Virus record (IMG/VR): IMGVR_UViG_3300025887_000011
Span: 1 to 64,000 of that record
DNA length: 64,000 nt
Reading direction: 5' to 3' (one strand)
Source of the DNA: a virus
A model generated the notes under the pieces. The model searched no databases, had not been told where the DNA came from, and saw only the letters and a list, made by a program, of their open reading frames with translations. Made by a program: the position numbers and the translations under genes. Of this stretch, positions 57,201 through 64,000 are shown one piece after another. Positions within the stretch are counted from its first letter, which is position 1. Each line of letters opens with the position of its first letter.

Positions 57201-60109
57201 AAACCAGTCAAACTAGAAGGGGGGAAAGAAGAATTTACTCCAGTATCAGCTATAACTCCGCTACCAGCAGACACCTTAGTAAAATTACAACCAGTAAAAG
57301 CTAAAGGGCCTATTTCAAGATCTCCGCAATTAAGTTCTATTTCTTCATCAAATGAAGAACACCCATTGAAAGCATTGTCTCCTATAACACTAACTGACTC
57401 TGGAATTATCAACTTCCCCGTTAAACTAGAGCAATTCTGGAATGTGTTTTTTCCTATTCCTAGCAAACCGCTTTGAAAATTTAAATTTTTAAATCCAGTT
57501 GAATTATAAAAAGCAAAATCACCAACCCCAGTTATTTGTTGCCCTATGTTTATAGAACCTGTCAAGCTACTGCAATTATAAAATGTTTTTTCTTTTATTA
57601 CGTCTATTGAATTACTTATAGAAAGTTGGCCGTCAAACCCATCACAATCCTGAAAAACACCAACCCCTAAACCAGTTATTTTAGACGTAATGTTTAAATC
57701 TCCTTCGAAGCTGTTGCATCCAGAAAAAGCATGATTACCAATTAAGCTAACGTTGTTTAAGTTTAAATTACCAGTAAAACTATAACCATCAAAAGCGTTA
57801 TCTGCTATGGTTTTAGTATCATCGCCTAAAGTTAAAGACGCAAATGAAGTTTTAAAAGCGTCAAATTGATTGTCATTTATTGTTTTTACTTTGCTTATGA
57901 TTATATTTTTAAAATTATTATTACCAAAAGCATTTGTAGCAATAGTCTTATCTCCAATAATTTGTATTGAAGAGTCAAATCCAGAGCAATCAAAAAAAGC
58001 AGCGTCTTCTATTTCTTTTATGTAATCTGGAAATATAAGATCTCCAGAAAAACCAGCACAACCAGAGAAAACACCTGATTGTAATTTAGATAAACTTGTG
58101 CTAAATTTTAAACCAGTTCCTAAACTTTCACAACCAGCAAAAGAATAGCTTCCTAAACCAGTTATGCTATTAGGCAGTATTAAATTTCCAGTTATATTAG
58201 AGCATTCGTAAAAAGCTTTATTATCAATAATGCTAACTTCTTCATCAAAGAAAATAAAACCATTTATACCAGAGTTATTATTAAAAGCAGACTTGCCTAT
58301 TCTGTTTAAGAAAACAGGAAAAACTAAAGATCCAGTGAATTGATAATTGTCGAATGCGTTATCATTTATGCCGCTAAGATAAGGTGACATAGTTAACAAC
58401 AGCTTTGAATCAGAAAAATAATCATAACCACCGTCATCTACATAATCAATGAGGTCGTCAAATATTAATTCATTAAATTGACAACCAGAAAAAGCGTTTA
58501 AACCAATACTTGTTATTGTACTGTCTGATATTTTTATAGATTTCTTAAAATTAGAACAATTACCAAAAGCTTCTTGTCCTATATTTAAAACATTTCTTGG
58601 GATTTCGAGATCTCCATTTAAGCCAGTGCAATTAAAAAAAGCTTCTCTAGCTATTCCAGATATAGACTCACCAATATAAAGACCACCATCGAATCCAGAA
58701 CAATTATAAAAAGTTTCTGTTTTTACATCTTTAAGTAGATCATGTAGATAAAGATCTCCTTTAAAACCTGCACAATCTTTAAAAGCTGACCTAGATATAT
58801 TTTCTGTAAAGTCTGGAATTCTTAAAGCTCCAGTTATATTGGAGCAACCAGAAAAAGCTTCTCTACCTATTGAGTTTGCTAAGGTTCCTATTCTTAATCT
58901 TGCAGCGTTTAAGTCACCGCTACTCCAATAAGAAGGTATATTTGCTTCGGTTGATCTTAACACTGCTCCATTAGAATCGTATACAGTAGAATCGAAAAAT
59001 GGCGTAGTCCAAAAGTTAAAATCTTTCTTGTTGTTTATCGGAAATGAAAACGAAGATGAATATGTCATACTTTCGTTTTCTTTCATCGAATAAGAAAAAC
59101 TCTCTAATTGTAAGTTTGGAAACCTCAATATTGAAGCATAGTCAGATTCTAAATTCTCAGCTACTAAAGAGAAAGAATAGCGATCTTCGTCAGCCAGTAA
59201 ACCAGATATAAATCCAGTTTGGTATTTTGATACGTTCGACTCAATATTTAAAGTGCCCTCTAAAGGAAATTTTATTTTTCTATCACGAATGTAGTCAGAA
59301 CCTAAGCCTTCTAAGTTTACCCTGTTTATAGGTATAGTCATAGACATGCTTGTCACCCTATGGTCAGCACCATAAAGATCTTGGCCACCAATTTGGATAT
59401 TAGCCAACACCAAACTCAAACCGCAACTAGTAGCGTGGATATCTGGCTTTGTGAAGTCTAAATATCTTTCAGAAGCTTCGTCATAACCAGAAAGTTTTGT
59501 GCCAGATACTAGCAGTCTACCAACTCCATTGTCATTTCCAGATATTAGATTTATAGCTGGAGACTTTATATTACCAGTATAAATATCGCCCTGCATATTA
59601 GAGCATTTATAACTTGTTCTTACTTTTGGTATAGAACCTATCTCGAACGACAAGTTATAAGAGTTTAAGTATGAGTTCCCAAATGAAAATATTTCTCCGC
59701 TATTAGGATTCTGTAAAGCATTAGAGTCAAAATAATCTATAGCATCAGACCCTTCATCTGGATGGTTATAGAAATAAAAATTATAAGACTTGTCTAATAA
59801 TTGCTCTAAAAAACCAGTTGGCTTATAGTTTACACCAGTAACTATACCCAAGCCCATTAAGTTTTCATTAGGCATAAATGGATTATATAGATAATCTATA
59901 GTAAGATCTATTTCTGGGTGTTTGTTGATGCTATTAAGTTGAAAATCTTTTGATCCAACAGCTCCAGCCTTTTCTCTTTGCATGGATACAGAAAAAGACG
60001 AGTTAGTAACCCCGCCAAACAAAACTCCAGACTCATCGTAATCTTTGAACGATGGAGACTCTCCTATTATTACTAAACTATTATTACTATTTAATCTTAT
60101 TCTAGACAT
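54275..60109 (-). CDS. 1944-aa fusion of a tail-tube-like domain (about 365 aa) and a very long BspA LRR array
   Basis: N-domain (SFSVSMQRE..GAVG, LNSYNLSFEIGSIP, IPINRVNLEGLGS) is paralogous to 61143-61937; followed by dozens of IGxxAFxxC repeats. Confidence 0.8.
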   Translation of the reverse strand: MSRIRLNSNNSLVIIGESPSFKDYDESGVLFGGVTNSSFSVSMQREKAGAVGSKDFQLNSINKHPEIDLTIDYLYNPFMPNENLMGLGIVTGVNYKPTGFLEQLLDKSYNFYFYNHPDEGSDAIDYFDSNALQNPNSGEIFSFGNSYLNSYNLSFEIGSIPKVRTSYKCSNMQGDIYTGNIKSPAINLISGNDNGVGRLLVSGTKLSGYDEASERYLDFTKPDIHATSCGLSLVLANIQIGGQDLYGADHRVTSMSMTIPINRVNLEGLGSDYIRDRKIKFPLEGTLNIESNVSKYQTGFISGLLADEDRYSFSLVAENLESDYASILRFPNLQLESFSYSMKENESMTYSSSFSFPINNKKDFNFWTTPFFDSTVYDSNGAVLRSTEANIPSYWSSGDLNAARLRIGTLANSIGREAFSGCSNITGALRIPDFTENISRSAFKDCAGFKGDLYLHDLLKDVKTETFYNCSGFDGGLYIGESISGIAREAFFNCTGLNGDLEIPRNVLNIGQEAFGNCSNFKKSIKISDSTITSIGLNAFSGCQFNELIFDDLIDYVDDGGYDYFSDSKLLLTMSPYLSGINDNAFDNYQFTGSLVFPVFLNRIGKSAFNNNSGINGFIFFDEEVSIIDNKAFYECSNITGNLILPNSITGLGSYSFAGCESLGTGLKFSTSLSKLQSGVFSGCAGFSGDLIFPDYIKEIEDAAFFDCSGFDSSIQIIGDKTIATNAFGNNNFKNIIISKVKTINDNQFDAFKTSFASLTLGDDTKTIADNAFDGYSFTGNLNLNNVSLIGNHAFSGCNSFEGDLNITSKITGLGVGVFQDCDGFDGQLSISNSIDVIKEKTFYNCSSLTGSINIGQQITGVGDFAFYNSTGFKNLNFQSGLLGIGKNTFQNCSSLTGKLIIPESVSVIGDNAFNGCSSFDEEIELNCGDLEIGPLAFTGCNFTKVSAGSGVIADTGVNSSFPPSSLTGLTVKSCTLTFDGTNDYQWFRRRLSQTTKPFPYVNIEEGVKNVANASCYRWAITGELKIPDSLVFMGGSGFRDNNIRSLEIGTGLQIIPTYGFANNYITGVLEIPSNITGIEPYAFNQSFRSTSNASPTTGIHTLKLNEGLVTIEDLAFYATSSITSRFYLSYMTGDFYLPASVRSIGSSAFGMDYNQDKSPKGKFTFPVDNNLENLGSLAFRGGFIKGYDIQNDFHFPKLKTASTSVFGGASLQQKKIFFSKNLQSVGSQGFRFCNLTGDLELNSTGISTISNLAFDLNAFDGKLTVPPSYQYLSRDGQSSRFINSPDSFKNNDFKNLEVPNVIYSVTGRNANTSYFGYGWYGLDIHTKTTSNYAEQSILTFKAPSKVEQINKRSFAGMQFTGKLDLPTSLTGIRSLAFDDCSGFSEISLSRAQFIYGSGDSAIESGAFRNCSNAKTLTTFPAIWEGGLEPQSGSGLIHPLAFTGCDFTNLKVSQGVKNISNNEFDYYLSNSNSSSVSFPESVKNINSRSFDNWPLTGGLTFSDNLNKIGNFAFSGCSGLSGLLNIEDGTSIGRNVFYGTNFSGINIEGGRLFTASSLTEIKSGFYEEFKDINLNLIINNNASGLHEYAFSGYNLTGSINIPNSVTGIGFAAFKGCTGLSGSAKIGCSVQKIENSAFQDSPFSGFLQMSPSTDVGINVFDQSYFTGLVLASCPSSSVQKSSFEFYKTYNFDSQSTLSFKEGVTGVGVSGFYDYNFTGKLELPGTLLYLDDYSFSRCTGFNGGLTLPPNIQRIGKESFYECSGFSGQLRLLSEGLISIGTRAFAGLDNLSGSLAFGFGTTGIANQAFDGCSQVGPFLALGPSLEVIDNAAFRNCSGISQILSYEDIPSLSKIGDNAFKGCSNITGDIIFANYFELNMSIGASAYENCSKIRNVFLDIDSPNIGANAFLNGPTGNLYVTDEYTGNYGPTFQGLTVLPWRLYPSTDGN

Positions 60110-60111
60110 TT

Positions 60112-61143
60112 TTACCAGGGATTAGTATCTTCTTCAAAGCCTCCATTATCATATCCTCCAAAAAACTCTAGAGCCACGTTCTGTATTGTAGTTGGTATTT
60201 CTCCACCAACAGGAACTTCTCTTGGAATAACACCAAGAGGGTCCTCTTTAAACACAACCTGTAAATCATGACTTTCTGGGCTTTTCCAAACATGATTCCA
60301 AGACTGACATATATAAACTTTCGGTCTATTATAAACAGTGGGTATATGATGTCTAAATCTTCTATAGCCACCTTTTAATTCTAAAAAATGAAGCATTGTT
60401 TTCAACTGCTTTTTAGATATAGATGTAAAATTATAACTGATTGGAACTAGAGATATATTTTTAGAATCCTTTATTCTTTGTCCGTATGTTCCATCAAATC
60501 TACTGACTGAGAATTGCACCTGGTTTGTTGTCCCTACATCAGGTTGCCAATAAAAAGATTGACTCCAAGCTGTGTTTATGCCTGTTGGAGAGTTTTCAGA
60601 AACGGAAGAATGTTCACCTGTGCAATAATAAAAGTTGTTCCATTTTTCTTCTGAGTTATCAAAATAAACAATGTCATCTAGTTCGTAATCTAAATCTTCA
60701 GACCATTCTTTAAATTTATATTCTGTAAAATTAGTATTTTTCCAATTTAAAAGGTTTGGAGCTTCATCTACAGAAACAGTAGTGTTGACTCTATAACTGT
60801 TTTCTGATAAATGGCTTATTGAATAACCATCACAATAACCACTTAGGTCTTTATAAATTAAATTGTCAGTTTTAAATACGAAGCTATTTTGCCCACTTAA
60901 AGCCTCTAAGTCGTTTGCTATTTTTTGAGCGCCTTCTTGATTAACATCATAAGAAACAGAGAAATCTACAACCAAACTATTAACACTTGCAGGGATAAGT
61001 GTAAAGTAGTTATCACTAAGCTTTAAATTTTCATTTTTAGTGGAGAAGCTAGCTTGCAAACCATAACTGGGACAAAAACCAGTAAGATCTACATAGTCTA
61101 TATCTTTGAAATTCCTTGTCCTGTCGTAATAATACTCTTCCAT
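60112..61143 (-). CDS. gpM-like/distal tail protein with two tandem domains
   Basis: Two F.PSY/WQPD...Y.Q....N...F modules; FLELKGGYRRF...YIC..W.H...F.EDP. Confidence 0.65.
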   Translation of the reverse strand: MEEYYYDRTRNFKDIDYVDLTGFCPSYGLQASFSTKNENLKLSDNYFTLIPASVNSLVVDFSVSYDVNQEGAQKIANDLEALSGQNSFVFKTDNLIYKDLSGYCDGYSISHLSENSYRVNTTVSVDEAPNLLNWKNTNFTEYKFKEWSEDLDYELDDIVYFDNSEEKWNNFYYCTGEHSSVSENSPTGINTAWSQSFYWQPDVGTTNQVQFSVSRFDGTYGQRIKDSKNISLVPISYNFTSISKKQLKTMLHFLELKGGYRRFRHHIPTVYNRPKVYICQSWNHVWKSPESHDLQVVFKEDPLGVIPREVPVGGEIPTTIQNVALEFFGGYDNGGFEEDTNPW

Positions 61144-61937
61144 TACCCGTGTCCTACGTAATTAAGATCAAGTTTTAAACTTCCGTCTTGAGAAATCCTC
61201 AAGGTTTCATTTATCAAACTTGCGTTTGGTATGTTTACACTTTGTAGTTCTTTTCCGTCTCTACCATTAACAATTATAGATAAGTTTTTATTTTCCTTTA
61301 ATTCTAAAAAATTATAAGAATTTTGTAAAAAAGCATCATCAACGTCTATAGAAGCATTAGCTGTGTAAAATATTGGGGCTATTGTTTCTACAGCAAAGGG
61401 GTCTTTTTGACCTATTCCATAGATTGGTTTTCTGTTTATATTTATAGCGTAGTTAAACCCCACAACTCTATTTGTTGTTGAATTATCACATGTTATAGCT
61501 ATAGATCCTTGGCTTGGAATATCTATTTTTGGATGTCTTCTTACAGTTCTTTTTCCACCTGCATCAACACCGCTTTTCATTTCATCTGTTATTATAAAAT
61601 TAGAAGCAGATTTTGGAACAGCTCCGACTGCACAACTTAAAGAATAATTATTTAGGTAACCTTTTTCAAATCCATAATAAGAATCATTATAAAAAAGACT
61701 TGCAGCTATCGGTTCAGATCCAGTATAATTTAAGACTGGGTCGTTATATATTAAATTTCTATTTAAAGTTAAGCCTTGTTGTATAGGCCCACTGTTTACT
61801 GAGAAACCTCTTCTGCTGCCAAGTATATTCTTTACATCTGATGAAGATTTATAAGAAAACTCTAAAGAATTTATACCAGACAGTTCATAATTATCTGTGA
61901 AAAGCCTAGCTTCGTGATTAAATATTCCGTTAAACAT
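61143..61937 (-). CDS. Tail-tube-like protein
   Basis: YLNNYSLSCAVGAVP, NYAININRKPIYGIG; lies between the tape measure and gpM-like genes. Confidence 0.55.
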   Translation of the reverse strand: MFNGIFNHEARLFTDNYELSGINSLEFSYKSSSDVKNILGSRRGFSVNSGPIQQGLTLNRNLIYNDPVLNYTGSEPIAASLFYNDSYYGFEKGYLNNYSLSCAVGAVPKSASNFIITDEMKSGVDAGGKRTVRRHPKIDIPSQGSIAITCDNSTTNRVVGFNYAININRKPIYGIGQKDPFAVETIAPIFYTANASIDVDDAFLQNSYNFLELKENKNLSIIVNGRDGKELQSVNIPNASLINETLRISQDGSLKLDLNYVGHG

Positions 61938-64000
61938 TATACTCCTCTTCTAAGTGTTCCTCCAAGTCTCTTCTCTTCATTTATAACCTTAAGAACCTGA
62001 TCTCTTATAAGTTTTGCAATTTTAATGTTGTCATCTTCTTCTTGAGATCCAGTACTTTTTTCTTCGCTATTAGAACCATCACTATTCACCGTTATGGTTA
62101 TCGCCCCAGTTGATTCTTTAGTAGCTTTTATTAACTCGTCTAATCTATCTATAACTTCTTCTTGGTTTTCTGGTTCTACTGAAGAAGAATCTCCAGCGTT
62201 AAGTTTTTCTAAGGAAGATTGACCTAATCGACTTGCCGCAGAACTATTTACCACAAACTCTCCACCAGAAAGCATTGTTGGCACTGTATCAATTCCAGGA
62301 GCATCTTGAACTCTTCCTCCAGTAGCAAACCCTTTAGGAGGAAGAAGTCCTCCATTTCCCGATGCCGCAAGACTAAAGAAGTAATCCTGAATCTTTTGGT
62401 ATAAACTTTTTTCTATGTCTGAGTTCCTAGAAGGCAAAGTAGATTCAAGAGCTGCGCCTTCACCATAAACAGGGCTTGAAACTTTACCTGCGCTATATTT
62501 TCTTATTGAGTTATCGCTTGAAGCTTTTAAAGCATCTATACTAAGCTGGTCAACTTGAGAGGCTTTTATCGAAGACAATATAGCTTGATTTCTGCTTGTT
62601 GATAAAGTTTTATCTCCAGATATTTGAGATCCTCTTCCGTCTATAATAGCTTGTACAGCTGGGTTTTTGGCAGTAAATCCATATTTTCCAGAATTTGATG
62701 TAAACTCTCCAGATTTGAAAAAGTCTATAGCAGCTGGAGATGTTGAATTTTTTAAGAAATAATTACCTAACCCCTGCTGATTAACAGTCCCTCTATTATT
62801 AAAAAAGTTTGTTAAGCCTCCGTATGTTTGTTCTCCACCGCCATTTAAAGTTCCTCCACCAAAAGCTCCTCTTACTCCAGTCCAAAATTTACTACCTGCA
62901 GATAGTGTTTCCCCAGAGGCAGCTGCTTGTTGTGTAGCTCCTGATATTGCATTCTGAGCACCTGTTGCTGCAACATTTACACCATAGCTAATTACTGCAC
63001 TTGCTACTGTGGATATTATAGCTTTTTTGAATTCTTCTTTTGCTCTTTTATTTTCTGCATCTATCTGAGCTCTTAAATCGTCATCTCTAATAGCTAAATC
63101 AAAAGCTTGTCTTTTTGCGTCTTGAGTAGCTAGTTGAATAGGAGTTCCTGCTTTTCTTCCAAAGTTTGTTAACCTAAGGCTTTCTGGTTCAAGATCAATA
63201 AATGCTGCATTACTTTTTTGATCGCCGCCAATAAAATCAGTAGCTCCATTTGTAAACCCTTGAGTCGCAAAGTTCCTCAAAGCTTCCGCTCCGCTTATTT
63301 TTCCAGATCCTCTTAATCCTGGAGCGAAATAATTTCCAGTTCCTGTTTGAGTTGGTATTTTATCACGATCAACAATACCACCTTCAGCAAATTGACCGAT
63401 GTTTCCACTGTTTATATCATCAAGAAGTTTCGTGCCGTATTTTTCAACAGACTTTTTCTTAACGACATACTCTCCAGACATTAACAAAGCTGGAACATCG
63501 TCCTTGCTTCCAGAACCTCCGCTCACCGAACCTCCAGAGCTATACCCACCTGCACTGAAAGCATTTACGAAAGCATTTCCTTGGCCTCCTCCTCCTCCTA
63601 TAATATTGGCTATTCCACCAATTGCATTCTTTAAATTTGTTCTTGTAAGCTCTTTCAAGAAGCTTGTGGCAGCATCTCTTAATGTTTCTTTTAAATCTTT
63701 TCCTTCTACAATGGCCGCTTCTATTCCATTTACAATTGCATCTGTAAAATCAACAGCTCCTTTTACTAGCGTATTATTAATATTTTGTACAGCTTCTGGT
63801 CCGTCTACAGAAAGTTCATCTAAGATTCTTTCTGTAACTTTTTCTGGTTTATTCTTCTGAGCTGCGATTTGTTTTCTCAACTCTTGCAACTCATCTCGAC
63901 CTTCCTTAGTTAAAGTCCCCTTACTTTCTTGTTCTGTAAGAGCTTTCGACTTTTGCAACAAATCAAATATTAATAGTCTATCATCGTATTCTCTTTGAAG
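61937..64000 (-). CDS. Tape measure protein, C-terminal part
   Basis: Frame open to the window edge; Ala/Gly-rich; two copies of GG.V......D.VP.(L/M)L..GE(Y/F)VV; ends EKRLGGTL. Confidence 0.85.
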   Translation of the reverse strand, partial: LQREYDDRLLIFDLLQKSKALTEQESKGTLTKEGRDELQELRKQIAAQKNKPEKVTERILDELSVDGPEAVQNINNTLVKGAVDFTDAIVNGIEAAIVEGKDLKETLRDAATSFLKELTRTNLKNAIGGIANIIGGGGGQGNAFVNAFSAGGYSSGGSVSGGSGSKDDVPALLMSGEYVVKKKSVEKYGTKLLDDINSGNIGQFAEGGIVDRDKIPTQTGTGNYFAPGLRGSGKISGAEALRNFATQGFTNGATDFIGGDQKSNAAFIDLEPESLRLTNFGRKAGTPIQLATQDAKRQAFDLAIRDDDLRAQIDAENKRAKEEFKKAIISTVASAVISYGVNVAATGAQNAISGATQQAAASGETLSAGSKFWTGVRGAFGGGTLNGGGEQTYGGLTNFFNNRGTVNQQGLGNYFLKNSTSPAAIDFFKSGEFTSNSGKYGFTAKNPAVQAIIDGRGSQISGDKTLSTSRNQAILSSIKASQVDQLSIDALKASSDNSIRKYSAGKVSSPVYGEGAALESTLPSRNSDIEKSLYQKIQDYFFSLAASGNGGLLPPKGFATGGRVQDAPGIDTVPTMLSGGEFVVNSSAASRLGQSSLEKLNAGDSSSVEPENQEEVIDRLDELIKATKESTGAITITVNSDGSNSEEKSTGSQEEDDNIKIAKLIRDQVLKVINEEKRLGGTLRRGV

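Noticed and set aside
1127-63860. Short ORFs antisense to or nested in long genes (e.g. 5467-5904, 9359-9642, 16122-16490, 21960-22325, 63399-63860)
   Set aside because: They are shadows of well-supported genes and carry no recognisable motifs.
1-64000. Stop-codon reassignment or tRNA genes
   Set aside because: Conserved genes are intact and tightly packed under code 11, and no cloverleaf was seen in the few intergenic gaps.

Overview
This 64 kb AT-rich window comes from a large tailed dsDNA phage with a lambda-like tail tip. It uses the standard genetic code and shows no tRNA, CRISPR array, integrase or reverse transcriptase. In order it contains: (1) the 3' end of an M15 peptidase and a minus-strand cluster of fibre/adhesin genes, including four BspA-type leucine-rich-repeat (LRR) genes and a sulfotransferase (0-10 kb); (2) a plus-strand tail-tip operon with gpL, a JAB-only gpK, three gpI paralogues carrying long variable C-terminal extensions, and gpJ (11-21 kb); (3) a minus-strand replication/recombination block with a Rad52-like protein, glycosyltransferases, a Whirly-like protein, Clp ATPase, three-part DnaE, Cas4-like nuclease, primase, DnaB and RecA (21-40 kb); (4) a sugar/sulfate modification cluster and a class Id-like ribonucleotide reductase (40-50.6 kb); (5) dNMP kinase, sigma factor, SSB and a glycosyltransferase (51-54 kb); (6) the tape-measure 3' end, tube-like and gpM-like genes, and a 1944-aa tube-domain/LRR fusion (54-64 kb). 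The best candidates for an undescribed system are the triplicated, mosaic ubiquitin-like gpI proteins beside a stand-alone JAB protease, and the four LRR genes that cover all four combinations of two N-caps and two C-caps. All family assignments come from motif recognition by eye; no searches were run.
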